Assembly: GCF_008831285.2 (NCBI RefSeq)
Contig: NC_045138.2
Span: 27,032,001-27,096,000 of the forward strand
Length of the DNA: 64,000 nucleotides
Source of the DNA: Nymphaea colorata
Lineage: Eukaryota
Direction: 5' to 3'
A program made the translations under genes and the position numbers. Positions 36,171 to 51,042 of the stretch are shown piece by piece. The notes beneath the pieces were generated by a model, which worked only from the letters and a program-made list of their open reading frames with translations, was not told the origin of the DNA and ran no database searches. Numbering within the stretch: position 1 is the first letter of the stretch; the number at the start of each line of letters is the position of its first letter.

Positions 36171-39100
36171 AGGAATGACAAGCGGCATACACAAAGTTCC
36201 CAGTCCACCTATTGCATTGTAAAATAATAGGGGAACATATGCCTCTAATGCTATAAAACCTCAGCAGTTCACCTGGAAGCCTTTTTTTCTATATAACATG
36301 CTAGATTGCAAACTGGCCACATAAAAAAAGTGGACACTTTTCTTAGGACTATAACTTCTATTGCATAAATTTTTAAACAAGTCATGACTTAATCCAAAGA
36401 GAGAAAAAGAGAGACCTAACCAATAGGGTGACAGGATTCATGCATAACTAATATTCCACATTCAGCTTCTGCTTTTTGTTATCAATATGAATCCAACATG
36501 AGAAGACCATGTTTTTGACTTTCACATAATGACGCTCATTTCCTTGATACTAGACCACTCTAAGTACTAACTCTTTTACCATGGCTCATTCTAAAGTTAA
36601 ACCATTGAAAACTCATCTACTAGCAGATCCCTACAGTTCCTTTAACATCACCGGGCTACAAGTCTTTCAGAGAATCAGTAAAAAACAGGTATACTGACTG
36701 GAGGAATTAGATACATATAACAATGGTCCAAAAGGAGAAAGGAAGATCATCAGTGCAAAAGGGAACGATAAGGGAAACAGCTGAAATGGAGAGTCTGGTA
36801 AGGCCAGAGAACTACAGAATAAAGGATTGAACAATAGGAAAGCTGCAGATATCTTAAAAATCGAAGTTCACACATGGAATTGGTGGTGCAACAAAATTGA
36901 GAGCATAATAGTCAAACCAGTGATATCCGTATCCTACAATTCAAACCTATATGATACGGGCACGATACACAAAATGCATGTGCATCTTGCCGGTATCGAC
37001 CTTATCTTACGATAAGTGTCATATAATACGGCCAAAAGTGGATCTAGTGTCCCTTTTTTGTTATTTTTTTAAAAGTTCCACTCCTTTTCATTTTCAATGC
37101 TTCTAAGAGTTGTGGGAGGGTGAGCTACCACCATTTTAAACAGAAATTGCCAATAAATCATTGTCTTAACCGAGAAATAACTGGCTTTAAGGGATGAGGA
37201 TGAACATGAAGAATATAATGATTATTGTATCAATTGATAATAATCATGATGTTATTTAATCATAAACATTATTTCAATTCCCATTTGACATTGAATGACT
37301 ACAGGTTGTCCATTTTGATGTGATGTACAATACATTAGAGTTTAAATTTGTTATGTGTCATTACTAATGAATGATAAACCATGAATGTTCATTACGTGTG
37401 TAATGTGTAATGAGATTTTTATATAAAACAGCTTTTTCTGATTTTTTCATTTTCTTGATTTTTAATAAATTTTTATGAATTAAAAAATAAATAAATTTAC
37501 AACACGTTTACAATATGCTTACCATATATTACGATATGTTACGATATGCGTATAGGTCGGCTCGATCAATATGCATTACGATATGCCTTTTACAACATTG
37601 AGTCAAACAACTAATATAACAACAGGAGATAATACAAGGAAAAAGCAATAGATGTCATCATCATAAAGGCCCACAGCCAATCACAACCAACTGACAAAGC
37701 AGCAAAATTATCATATTCTAAAATCTAATATTTTCTTTCCAAAAAATTTTCATCCAAATACATTTCATTACAAAAGCAACAGTTGTAATGATTCTCTGAT
37801 ACTCACTCCTCAACAGAAACTAAACCCATAAAAGGCAACAGGCATTGACTGGTAATTTCCCTTATGGTTTTGATTACTTATGGGCTTCTAGTGCAGCAAG
37901 TGGACATCCATCCAACCATATACTCGCAAGCCTCAAACCACTTAAACAAACATGAAGTACCGAACACCCAACTTCAAATTCATGCTGTGGGTGCCTCACA
38001 TTGAGTTTTTTGTTTCTTTATAATGCCTTTTAATGACACCAATCCTCGTTCATGCTTTCCCAAAGTTAAATATACCCATACCTAATCACCCTTCACCAAA
38101 ATGTTATTAAAAAACACAACACTATAATTTTATCACCTCAAGGATACTCACATTCACACAGACAGGATCAAGGAATATTTCCTTCTTTCCCTCTAATCAA
38201 TTGGTTCAAGAAAATTAAAAACCACATTTTTCCAAGTATTATTACCAAAGAAATTGAGTTCTTTAAGAACCCCAGATATGTGGCGATGCGCTCAATATGG
38301 AGATCATTTCATGCACTTCCATTTTTTAGGGACTAAAATATTTTGTGATTTATCGATGTACTTGGTTATTAAGATGGGTATAGAAGGAACACAAAGAAGA
38401 GATGCACACAGAAGGACAATTGTGCATTAAGTTATGCACAGACGCTCATACCAGCCTAATCAAAAGGAAGTGGCAAACTACTGTGGTGGCTTACAGGATT
38501 CAACGTCAACCATTCTTTATGTCCCTCTATCTTTCACAATTTGTATCTTATGCAAGGCTGAAATCCCAAATCCAATAGCTATTCGACCGTACTGGTAAAT
38601 GGTTGAGGTGAGCAATCAAGTCGTAAAGCAAATTTGAGGTGAGCAATCAAGTCGTAAAGCAAATACCACTACAGCTGGATTCGTCAATTTCTAAAATAAA
38701 AATGAGACAATTGAGAGCCATCTGCATTCTTGAACAATCATTTTAAACAAGCTATCATATATATACCTAAAAAATAAAAAAGATAACGAGTTAGGGAGCC
38801 ACTCAGAAAAAGAAAGCTAAGAATAAAGATGCCAAAGATATGGCTTTGATCAATTTAGGCATGACAGAATAGAATTTCTAATACAGATACGTAAGCCATA
38901 GGGCACATGATGGTAAAATAATAGTACACATGTGACAGGCTGGAAGGAAGGATGCACAAGTTCATACAAAGCAAAAGAGCAAGGAGAAGATTACAAAGTA
39001 GAAGAACAACCAAAATGCATATATTGAAGACAAGAAGCAACCTTATTACAAAAATCCAAAACAAAAAGCTGAAAGAAATAAACAGGAAGCCTGCACGAAG

Positions 39101-40088
39101 GACTAAAACAAATGGGAAAACATGTAGATTGTACCGCCTGAGTGCTCTCCACATCTTTGGAACTGATTATGAATAGGCCACTACGTTGTCAATTGGGCAT
39201 GGGTTGGTCAAAAGTTTTGAGCACAGTCTAAATGGTAAGTTAAGCCTAAACTCAGGGAAAACTAGGTAGGACTAGGCACATTAGGCAGTCCAAAAACATT
39301 AACTTACACAGATACATTAAATATTTCATGAAATTAAGCATCATTTAAAGGTATGAAAGAGTAAACTTTTAATCATTAAAGTTTAAAGGTTATATGGCAC
39401 AAAGAGACCAAGTTTAATTTAAGATCACTGTCTTGAAATGTTATAGGCTTATAGGGAACACAAAATCGTCTAATTTATTAAATACCAACTAGGCAACTAT
39501 TAAATCTTTACTTTAAATTTCTAAAACCTAAAACCATAAACTAAAGAGTAAAAGTGTAAAATTACTCACCCAATTTTTTCAAAAAAAGAAGGAACACAAC
39601 TCCTCAGTACAATCACATAGTCTATGTTAACATTTTTTGTCATAACCGATTAACCGTATCATTCTAATAAACAAAAAAAAAAAAACATTATGAAAATACA
39701 TGCTATAATATATATGCACAAACACACACAGACACTTTAAAGTTTAACTGCAAAAGCATATGCAAGATCAAAGAAGAACAAGAGAAAGAAAATATGCATC
39801 AAAGCAGACAAAATAGAAAGGTCTTCGAATCCCAAAATCTAAAGAAGAAGAAAAGGAAGAAAAAGAACATACTCAGACAGTAGAAGAAGGAAAAAAGAGA
39901 TGATGATATAGAAGAAGAGGGGGAAAGAAAAGGTGTAGATTGTTGAAGAGAAAAGGTCTGTCGAGTGCCTAGGCGGCACAAGTGATGGCCTAGGCATTTT
40001 CAAATTGGTGGCCCGCTAGGAACAGCCAGATTACACGACCAGCCAAGCCTAAGGGCCTAAGTAAGCCTAGGCATGTTTTAACAACACA

Positions 40089-40133
<45 letters not shown>

Positions 40134-40935
40134 ACTGAAGTGAGAACCGTACCCTTCCTTCGTGATTGTTCCCAAGAGATCGGAAATATTAGCATAGAAT
40201 TGTGTTCAAATATGCTAGAAACAAGGGTATGATAAAATCTAGTTAAAAGTTAAAACTTTCTACTCCACTAACTACCTACCAGTAAATCAGTGTCAAATGC
40301 TAATTTTTGTTGCGAGCAGGTCATTCCAAGTCAAACTAGTGTGACATAAACAAAAGGGGTAATGTGTCGATAGCCGAATATGAAAATATGAAACCTGTCA
40401 CACTATTTGTTGTCTACAACAACTCTCTAAGGTCGACTCTGTTGAAATGACTGCATATATGATTGACCGTATCCACATACCAGTGAAGTAAATCAGATCA
40501 AACAAGCACCAAGTCCAATATTGGCAGCTTCTGCAAACTACAAACAACTCATGACAACTATAAATTTAACGTTCAAGCTGTAATGTCAGTCACATAAATG
40601 ACAGGAGAAATGAAGAATTGGAGGGCTGTTCATAAGTGAGTTATGAATCATGAACAGCATTCGGCCTTGTGACTATGAAAAAAACAGCTAACTGAACAAA
40701 GTAACACAATAAAATTACAGAAAAAAAGTTCGATGTGAGGAAAAGACAAGGATGGGAATTGCACGACAAAGCTGTCCGAGGATGGAAGAAGTAACCAGGT
40801 GACAATTATGAAGAAAAGTAAGCCCTTAAATGCTGCTTGAACAGCTGACGCCAAAAATTGGGAGGACAACATCATAACTTTGTTAACTTGAACAACAAGA
40901 GATTTGAGTCGACTTACATTTGTATCCTCCTCCAT
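35622..40935 (-). CDS. SmD2: Small nuclear ribonucleoprotein Sm D2. Exons: 40935-40918, 36109-36035, 35917-35813, 35738-35622 (104 aa); non-coding first exon near 42175-42240
   Basis: Spliced translation: [104 protein letters not shown]. All introns are GT-AG and phase 0. Confidence 0.95.
36918..37600. mobile_element. Probable non-autonomous hAT-like/MITE insertion in SmD2 intron
   Basis: Repeated subterminal cgata/gatac motifs at both ends around an AT-rich core; the ends read cagtg...caacattg. No TSD was confirmed. Confidence 0.35.
38603..38663. repeat. 31-bp perfect tandem duplication
   Basis: ttgaggtgagcaatcaagtcgtaaagcaaat occurs twice. Confidence 0.85.
39200..40088. mobile_element. 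Second probable non-autonomous DNA transposon remnant in SmD2 intron
   Basis: Clustered gcctaggc/taggc motifs near both ends with an AT-rich interior, ending ttttaacaacac. Confidence 0.3.
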
Positions 40936-41189
40936 GGTTGCTCTGCAACAAACAAAATAAAATAATTAGAATAAAAAAATCGCTCATCTTGCCCAGAGAT
41001 ACCCAATTAGCATTCACATAGCAACAAAAACCAGTGCTTAGTGGATTTTGATTTAACCCCCACCTACATGAGACATCGAAAGGTAGGGATGTTGCATTTT
41101 GCAAAGCTGCATCCCAGCACCTTGTTCCTCTATATAGATGGGACGATCGAAGACCATGCACGTGCTCTATTAGCACAAGAAGCTCAAAA

Positions 41190-41364
41190 GCACGGTAATC
41201 ACGAGAATATTCATTGAAGCGAAACTTCATTTTTCCAGAGTAAGAAAGAGAAGTACCAATCGAACTTAAAAGTCTTAAAAAATCACGGCAATCACGAGAA
41301 TATTCATCAAAGGGAATCATCATTTTGCGAAGGTAAGAAAGAGAAGTACCAATCGAACTTAAAA
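41190..41364. repeat. ~94-bp tandem duplication in SmD2 5'-UTR intron
   Basis: cacgg.aatcacgagaatattcat...gtaagaaagagaagtaccaatcgaacttaaaa occurs twice. Confidence 0.8.
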
Positions 41365-43144
41365 ATCTAGAGGACATTAGGTGAGTTTCCCGCCTATCAA
41401 GCAAAAGGCACAAATATTCCTAGGGTTTGCTCTTCCTCACAGAAATCCGACAGACAATCAACCATACAAAAAACAGTAAAACTAGGTTTTGAAAAAGTTG
41501 TCCACATTGTCACATTTTCCCTTAAACAAAGAGCAACAAAATCGGCAAAAATCAAAATCTCATAAAAAGAATCTATCGCCGAACGACTTACTTAATGAAA
41601 GAGGAAGGAAAACGACGGAGACCCAGAGAAACGAACACATTGATAAATGCACCTAGAAAAATTCCCTGCTGATCTCTTTGCCTGGAGACAGCAACTCTAG
41701 CTCCAACAACGAAGCCAATGACGAGGGCACTCGCCGAACGATACAGTCGGATTTGGAACTTGAGACTTGAGGTTTAAGCGCTAGGGTTTACGGCTTTATG
41801 CTAAAGCCGGCGTCGTGAACTTAGGGTCTGGATCTTAGGGTCCAAAAAGAAGCAGAACAAGACGAAATTAGCCAAATGACGAAATGAAAAGTTTAGAACA
41901 GTAAGAACATAACCGTATTCTCAGATTCTCAGCGAAAGATGAGCAAACTAACGTTTAGTAATAAAAATAACGGAAAACTCCGCAAAAATGCGACGGACTG
42001 GCCGGTTCATTTTCACAAGGGGAAAACACTAACAGTGAAGACACAGAGAACCGACTAACGAAGCAGCATATCCCGTCGGGAGGAGGTGAAAGAGAGGGGG
42101 GCACCTCTCTGCGCCCCCCACCGAAGCACAAGGGGGAGAGACTTAGAGAGAGAGAGAGAGAGAGAGAGACGTACCGGTGGCGTTGATGGCAGAAGCTGCG
42201 CGCGGGAAGAGCAGAGAGGAAAGAGGAGGTGCCCTAGCGGGAAGATGAAATTTCCGGAATTAAAATGCACCGCTTGACGCACGCATTTCTCGACTTCTCA
42301 AAAATGGAACCAGATTTCGGGCGTTCTGGGCAGGCGGGTTGGATTCAGTTCCGGTCTAAACCAATTATCCAAACCTGGCGATTATCATTCACATGATAAA
42401 ATACCTAGAATCAGCGAATTCCAAAAGAAGTTATCTAACATATTCTTAGTAAATGATAAAATCAAAACTAGCTTTCATAAAATGTTTTGTTTTTTTTTTT
42501 AGAGCAAACGTGAAGATGAAATTGAATACAAGATCTTCAAAGATAAAAATCTAATAAAAAACTCTTGAAGGTCACAAGGAAAGATGAAAGCATTCAAATG
42601 AGGTGCATTAAACGAATAAAGTGTCATAGTTTTTTGACGAACCTAGTCAAAGCCCATAGTTTTTGACACATCATTCATTCAACTTAAAGTATAGGGAAGA
42701 ATACATATATATATATATATATATATATAAATTTTTTTATGAATGTTGCTTTAATCAACTTATTGGAAAAAAAAATAAATATCGACAAATTTGACAATGA
42801 GTTTTCATTGTTCCCACTATAAACAACTAAGTTCATTAGATCAACAAATTTCTCAAAATTTTAAACGGCAATGCTAGTTTTTTCATTAATTCCTAAACTG
42901 TGAGAGGCTTTTTGGCAGTTTTCCTCGAAGCAAATGAAAATAAGAATGCGCGAAACGTTGCTTGGAGCATTCGAGGTTGGGGTTTCATGAGTTTCCCAGA
43001 ATTCAACTCTATCTGTTTCTCTCCCTCTGTCGATCGCCACCACCACCTCCACTGCTCTGCCTGCACCACCACCGCGGCCGCCGGAGGAGGGAGAGAAGGG
43101 GGGAGGATTGAAGAGAACGTGGGGGAAGGTTGGGGAGGGGCGGG

Positions 43145-46100
43145 ATGAAGTCGTTCCTCATCTACGTGTTGGTGGCGGTGCTGCTCATCTACCTCATTAA
43201 CCATGGACCCAAGCAACAGGACCACGGGTCTGACCATCACCGCCGCCTGAAGCTGCGCTCGGCCTTCACATTCACCAAAGAGAAGCATGATCCCGTTGCC
43301 TTTGACCCACTGATCGCCGAGATCGAGCGGCGGAGGGAGGACAGGCAATGGGAGCAGCAGTACTTTCAGGAGCACCACAAGCATCTGTCCCTCGAGGATC
43401 CGGCTGCTCCTGGCCACGAATCCCAGCCGGAGTGGGAGGATTTCATGGACGCCGAGGACTATGTCAATGACGAGGACCGCTTCAACATCACTTCCCGGCT
43501 GATTACCTTATTTCCGCAGATCGACGTGAACCCCTCGGACGGATTCCTGAGTTCCGATGAGCTGACGGAGTGGAACTACCAGCTGGCCCTCAAGGAGGTG
43601 ATGCACCGGACGGAGAGGGACATGGAGATCCAGGACAAGAATCGGGATGGGTTCGTCTCGTTTCAGGAGTATGATCCACCTAGCTGGGTTCGCCAATCTG
43701 GTTAGGGCCGTCTCTCGGATTTTCTCTGGTTTTCCTTTTCTCTTTTGGCTTCGAATTCTATCGCATTTGTTGTTTGTTACAATAATTGCTTAATAAGGTT
43801 GCGAAAGCTGGACTTTTATGCGAGATCTTGTTAGCGTGTTGTCGTGATTTCAGTCTTGATGGCTATCCGGTGGTTGGTGCAAGTATATATTAATAAAAAT
43901 GTGCTTCGTTGTTGGTATTGTTCTACGACTGTAATTTTAAAAGTGGTCGGAGCCGATCATCTTTCTAGGTGAAATTTCTAATTTTGTGCCATTGTTTCGG
44001 ATACACTGTGAAATTGGTAACTTTTGGGTAATAGTTGTTCTTATTCTGTTGGTTTATGTGCAGTTTGATCTTACTGGTAATGCAATTAGCCTGTAGAGGA
44101 AATGAGAAATATATGGATCTCACATCTGGTAGATTGTGATGGCGGAAATCATGTGACGATGAACTTACAGGCCTTAAGCAGCGCTTTGATCCTATCTTTC
44201 CAGTTTTGGTGTTGAAAGACTTCCGCAATGTGGCTCGTTACCTTGTTTGTTCACGTTATTTGTTATGTGATTTGTGGCCATCAGTTTGATAAGAATAGAA
44301 CAATAAACACCGTTAGCTTTGATCATGTATAGGGATCTAGACTTTGTCATGTTCATGAGTCACAAAGTTTCTTATAGTGACAGGTGCATTGGGCCTGACA
44401 AGTTTAAGTTTGCGAGCAGATGTTATTGGTGATCAGATGCATGACCATGTATTTGATTAGGTTTCAGTTACATGGATTGAAGTAGTGGACATTCTTGAAC
44501 ATGTGCATGACCACCATTTGTCGTATCTAGTGCCCCTTCTATCAAGTCCTAAAGGCTCTTCATTTTCTTGGTGAGCACTGCCATGAAAAGTTAAAGTTAT
44601 GCGCTTACTTCTTGGTTGTTCTGAACACCGGTGTTTGGTCCTTTTTTTTATACGGACAACTTTAGGATTGATTACAATCCTACCAGGCCTTCCTATAAGC
44701 CTTTTATGTAAGCAACACTCTAATACTTGCTCCGATGGGTTAGGGTAGCACATTCTTGTGATGACTAAAGTAAGAAATAGGTACAAATGGATAGTAATTT
44801 ACCATTGGATGTGCAAAAGAATAAAAAGTGAAAAGCTAAATAGCTGGCGACTGCATGACATCTTGATGACGCTGAATCAATTTGAGGGCCCCAACTTTAA
44901 AGGCAAACATTACTTTTGCAATTCTCTGCTAGTTTTAGGGGTCCACACCCACCCTTGGCCTCCTTTTCTGCTAACTGCTAAGTGTGCTGGAGCGACAACT
45001 TATCTGTATGGTATCTTGTGTTTACATTGATTTTCATTTCTTCAACAAATGAAAGGGTAATGGTAAGTAATGTCTGAATCCAATTGCTTTTAACACAAAG
45101 GTATGGATAACTTATTGAAGGGCTTTTCAATGATTGATTCAGTAATTTGAAAGAAGAATTATGCATGTTACTTTCAGATAGTGATAGATGGGGTGACTAT
45201 TGTTCTTTGTGGTTCATATCTTCTGTAGTTTGTGGCCATAGTTTGCCATGCCTGATGGCAATCTTATAGTTTTTGGCTATGTTTTGGCAGGTTTCCAAAA
45301 ATGTAATTTACCGTGTAAACCTCTACATCTCTACCCTTTTAACAGCTATAGTTAAGGTGGAACCGTAAACAGATCAATAATGTAGATCCTCGGAAATAAG
45401 AGTTTCCTGGAACCTATGTCTAATTCTTTTCCTGACCTCTGCTTCCATCTAAGGCACAGTGCATGAAGGCCAAAATTGAAAGTTCAGAACCTTTACTTGC
45501 ATTCCTTCTGAAATGCACTGTATGTACTTTTGGTCATGACATGACAATTCACAGATTGTTGAAGCCTTATCATTTGAGTGATCTGAGAGCAGTCAAAGAT
45601 GGAACCACAGTTTGTTATTACTGAATTTTGATTCTTCCCTCTTGATGCTTGTGTCTCCTGTTCAAGGATCCAGAATGTTGTTATGCATTATATGTTTTTT
45701 TCTGTTCATGAAGGTCAGTTTCTGAACAATGTCTTTGTCATTTGATCCAATAGCATTCTGTCCAAAGTCGAAGATATATCTCCAGTATCATGTGTGCATT
45801 TATCATGCACATTGACTGTTATATGTTGTCCTTGAATGCAGGCAGACTTCTTTTTTTATTTTTTAGTTTCTAGCATATGAACTCATATTATATTGTTAAG
45901 GATGGTTTATAATATGTGATATGAAAACACTGGAAGTGATTCAATGTGGCATAAACTTTCCATCATCTTTTCTGGCTAATTGGTTTTGTGATTTTCATCA
46001 GAAAATGATTCACTTGCTTTCCAGCTGGGATGGTGGAGAGAAGAGCATTTTAATGCTTCAGATGAAGATGGAGATGGTCGTTTAAATATGACAGAGTTTA

Positions 46101-48323
46101 ACAAGTCTGTATTTTCATTCAAATTCTTTATTCCTTTTTCACTTCCATGACTTCGCTAATCTGTTTTTTCATTCTCGTGTTTTAGTTTCTTGCATCCATC
46201 TGACAGCAATAACAAGAAGCTCCACATGTGGCTGTGCAAAGAGGAAGTGAGGTATCAGAAAATTTTAAACCAAGATACTTTCCAACAATTTATTTACCAT
46301 GCTTGGCTTTGCTTTTTTACTATGTACCCCTGTTATCACCCTTGTCTCTTTCCATTTTGGTACGTATATTTCTTTGGTTTGAAGTTTGATCTAGTTTTGA
46401 GCTTTTTTTTTTTATCTAAATTATGCACTATTTATGGAGATATTGCTCTGATATGCACAGCAAGGCTGTGGAGTCTAAAGCCGGTAGATCATACTTTAAG
46501 AATAGCATGAAGAAGACACAGAAAGAAAGTCTGATGGTGATCTTCAATATAATAAACATATTAAGAGCCAGTGCCAATTAATTGCTGGTTGGGCTGCTTG
46601 TTTGCTGGTGATGGATATTTCCTATTTAATTGTGTTTGGCAATGACGAGTGTGATATAGAGTAGTTATTCCTACTGCTTCAATGGGATCTTTAGCCAGTG
46701 CCAAGTAATTGTTGGTTGATCTGCTTGTTTGCTGCTTTTCAAAGTTCATAAATGCGGCCGGCCACAAATTATTTACTATTTTTGCTTGCATGATGCCGCT
46801 CGAGCCATGTAGATATTTGCCTTTTTCTCTTTCTCGTTTTTTTATTTGTACACTGGCTGACTAGCTTGCTAAATGTGAAAAAACAAACTACGGTTGCTTG
46901 TGTTGAGCTTGTCATTCTTGTATCAACCCAATCTTGGATGAGATTGGTTACCTTTTTTGTGCTGGTGATTCTGGCCATTCTCAGCCTAGCTTTGAGGTTG
47001 AACTTATAACTTGCTGCTGCAAAATTGCTTTTGTTTGGATAGCCATTAGTTTGAAGTGCACTTAAGCTGTGTTTCTGGATGAAGCCATTGCTTTTGAGGG
47101 TGTAAGTAGGAAGAATTAAGCATGAAATCTTTCACCAAAATGCTTATATTGCGACTACAACGGTATTATAAATGTATCAATACAAGCAGCTCATACAAGT
47201 GCATGCATGTATAGCGCATTACTACTACACAAATTATTAAAACATAAAGTGAATTTGTGAGTTAACAGGTCATGGAATCCTTGTGCCCAAAGCCCCTGAT
47301 TCCAGTAGTCATTTATCTGGTACCTCCCAAGGAGCGGAACTGCCATTCTAACCCTTCTCAGGGGATCTCATCTGCCAACTCAAAGTTTATGAATGGCAGA
47401 TGTTGCTCATCATCATTTAGCTATTGCATTTATTTTTCTCTTTGCTGGTCATGTATAGAACTAACTTCGGGATTCGGCACAGCATAAAAGAACTTCTAGA
47501 GGCATATATTCCTCCAGAGTCTCGATTGAGTCATGGGCATATAAAGGCCTTTGTGACACACAAAGGTCTTTATTTGGTTCATTTTCAATTAGGTCTTGCT
47601 GTAGCCTCTTTTGGTGGTTATTATTTCCTTGGTAGCAAAGGTTTGTGTTGGCTTGTCAATCCTAAGTTACAAGCTTGAACTTCAGTTATCAAAGTTGATA
47701 CCATCTTGGATGCTTGAAAGCCTCTAGAACAGACTCTTTGGGAATGATCAAGCCTCAGTTTTTTTTAACTGCATTGTCCATTTTTTCCGTCTTATCTCAG
47801 GGAAAGAGATACTAATAAGGATGGGAAGATTGACTTTCAAGAATTTTTCCATGGCTTATTTGACATGATACGAAACTATGATGATCCAGACCATAATGCT
47901 TCACATGTGTTTGAAACCTCAAGAGAGGTACCAGCAAAGAAGCTTTTTGGAGAGCTTGACAGAGATAATGATGGGTATGCACCTTTTTTGTTGCTTCCTG
48001 TGGACCTGTTTGTTTTATTCATCAATGCCAGAAAGTATTTTCACCTGTTCATCACTTATCATCTTCTGGTGTATTTATCTTTCCTTTTCAACAGCCTGAA
48101 ACATGGTTTTTTTTTCTGTCAGGTACGTGTCAGCAGATGAACTACTGCCTATTGTTAATAAACTTCATCCAGGTGAACGTTTTTATGCAAAGCAGCAGGC
48201 AGATTACACAATAATGCAGGTTATGATTTTACACTATGGGATGGGTATCCTTCTATAATTTGTTATATGTTTAAAGTTCTCATTGTAGTAGAAAAGAGGA
48301 TTTTATGCATTTTTTATTTTATT

Positions 48324-48377
<54 letters not shown>

Positions 48378-48885
48378 GTATATATTATAGAGAGAGAGAA
48401 AGAGGGAGCGAATGTCCCTTCAGGCACTTTTCTGCTTTCTGAATGAGTAAATGATAAATATTATCCTTGGACCTAGGCAGTAGCAACTGGTTGGCTGCCT
48501 TTGCGCTGGTGCTTCTACGGACCGTGCAGGTCCACTTGTTGGATACATAGTTAGACTATGTTTATTTCCCATGTATCACTCCATATAATACAATGCGCCG
48601 TGCACTACATCCCAGTATCTAGATAGGGTGATGTATTGCAGTGTTTTCTTCAGACGTTGTGATATGTGTAGTGCGATGGACCTTTATATCATATGATCCG
48701 TACAATGCTGCTGGCAAGTATGTTGTGTCTTTGCTTAATTGATTTGTTTTTAATTGCAGGCTGACAAAAATAAGGATGGACGCTTGGATGTGCATGAAAT
48801 GATTGAAAATCCATATGTTTTTTACAATGCTGTTTTTGCTGACGATGAAGATGATGATTACGATTACCACGATGAATTCCGTTGA
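43145..48885 (+). CDS. Calumenin/reticulocalbin-like (CREC) secretory-pathway EF-hand protein. Exons: 43145-43700, 46002-46104, 46186-46251, 47801-47974, 48123-48219, 48760-48885
   Basis: N-terminal hydrophobic signal/anchor, [14 protein letters not shown], and multiple EF-hands ([79 protein letters not shown]). The C-terminus is HDEFR*. Confidence 0.93.
48327..48375. repeat. (TA)n microsatellite
   Basis: About 24 TA units read directly. Confidence 0.95.
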
Positions 48886-51005
48886 TCTCTTATTTGATTG
48901 AGTTCCTCCAACAATCCATTCTTTATTTCAGTTGTTCCACTTCTAGTTCTACATTGTGGATATCTGACCATTCACCACACAGGAACCTTACATGAAGAGG
49001 CAATTCAAAACGTGTAATTTTTTGTTTGTCTTTTTGAATTTTTTTCATCAAGGCGCAGCCACTAGACTATGTAAGATTTGGGTTGCTTGCACATGCAATC
49101 CTTTCATTGTAAACTTATATCTTCCCCACTTCCTGTTATTAGGAGGTTCTGCTAACATGTTTGACAGTTAAATAGTTACTCTTTGATCAGCTAAACTAGT
49201 CATGATTTGGCCTGTTTTCCACTGCAAATTGGAAGTAACATTTGATTACAGATGTCGGAGGAGCTCTTTGCATGTAATGCAATGGCAAAAAGCATGCTGT
49301 ACTTTCATGCTTAGTTCTTACTTTATTGAACATGATAGCACATAAATGATGTTTTGTAAAGTTTTTTGTATGAAGAAGCCGAAGCATTCGACAGCCCCTT
49401 TTTATGTTAAGCTTCCCATCATGATAAAAACCATCCGGCCTCCAGCCAAGAACGAGATAGGCTAGGGATGCAAGGAGACAGGCAGCACCGAGTTTCCAAG
49501 TTAAGCAGCTGAATTCTGGTTCTGGTCCGTGTTGATTCTCAAATGTCATCCTTAACTAACCCTTTTTTGCAAATTCTCTTTGGAGGAAATTGTAGCATCA
49601 CGTTCAATGCCTCCTGATTATAACTGTTTTACATATTTCTTAGATATCTCATCTGCTTTTCTAAACTCACATGCAGCTGAAGGTGAATAATTGCTTTTTC
49701 TAAGCTCCTGCTGATTTCTGGTCCTGTATTGGATGAGCAGCTTGACATAATCATTATATCTCTTCTGGACCTGTTAATCTTAGGCTTTTCTCAAATTTTC
49801 GGCTCTCGCAGGATCCTCTAACAAAGATTCATTAGCATATGGGCGAGAGGCATTTGCTGTTATCGACTGGGAATTCACCATTCCTCCTTAATGTGTCATG
49901 GTAGATGACTTTTCTTTTCGACTTTTCTTTTCTTTTGGGTGGCATGTTAGGATCCTTCGTTGACCAGACTGGATGATGAGCCAGCTCCTGTAAGAGGTAA
50001 GCCTCAGGTGATCCGTGACCATCAATCTTCACCAAACTTTAGTTGAACGTTATAAAAAAAAGACCACACTGCCTTAATGCCTTAAATTTGTGTTGTCAAC
50101 GTCTGTTGACATACATCATGCTGCCCCCTCGCTGAAACTGCACAGCCCCTTGACACAGGTGAGATTGGCCTCTCTCTCTCTCTCTCTAGCCGATTTAGAG
50201 GTCACCGTCGTGGGATTTGAATTTGAAATGGTGAAACTTTTTCGTGTCTATTCTTGACATCATTTTGCAAAATGAGCAGCTTACAGTCTTCGTCAGTCCA
50301 ATTTCCACGTTGAGCTTCGCACACTTTTTAGCCAAATCGTTTCCGCTGCAAATCATGCAAAAGACGAAAGATGGTATGGGGTTTATTATCGCCTTCCATA
50401 ACCATTCTGGGTGCTATGTCATTGCTATAGACACTAGTCCTCTTCACCAACTGGGCCTCAGATAACAAATGGACTAAAGGACCCTGGCCACGAAGTTGAA
50501 TCAGTTTTCTTTTTCCTTTTTCCATTTTTTTCCTGGTCCCAAACTCAATAAGGACAAGGCTAACCCGGGTTTTGCGGAATTTAAGTAATAGAATATATCC
50601 AAATGAATTTGGTCTTTCTCTTGAATTCAATGGCACAATCTACCACCTATTATCCTTTTACAGTTACCACTTACCAACTCGCAAATATCACAAAGCGGTG
50701 TGCTTGAAGGCATAGTCAACAGGAAATGGTAGGATATCTGGAGTTTGATGAAAAATAGCTTGAAGCAGAAGAACATTCATGGAAGGTGGAGGGAGATCTT
50801 TTGTATGCCTGAAACTATATATTGAATTAGTAAGTGAATGGTTACAACGCTAGATGCTTGTGTTCTAATGAGAGAGAGAGAATAATCAAAGCTTGTGTTC
50901 TAGTCGAATCGTGAAAGATGCATCTGAAAAGGATGTGGAGAGATGATACACCAATCATTTAGGATTTCTATGAGGACCACCAAGCTCATACATTACGAGC
51001 ATAGG

Positions 51006-51042
<37 letters not shown>

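Noticed and set aside
40883..41413. 176-aa ORF
   Set aside because: Lies in the SmD2 5'-UTR intron, is partly explained by a tandem duplication, and has a non-ATG start.
42893..43417. 174-aa minus-strand ORF
   Set aside because: Antisense shadow of exon 1 of the calumenin-like gene.
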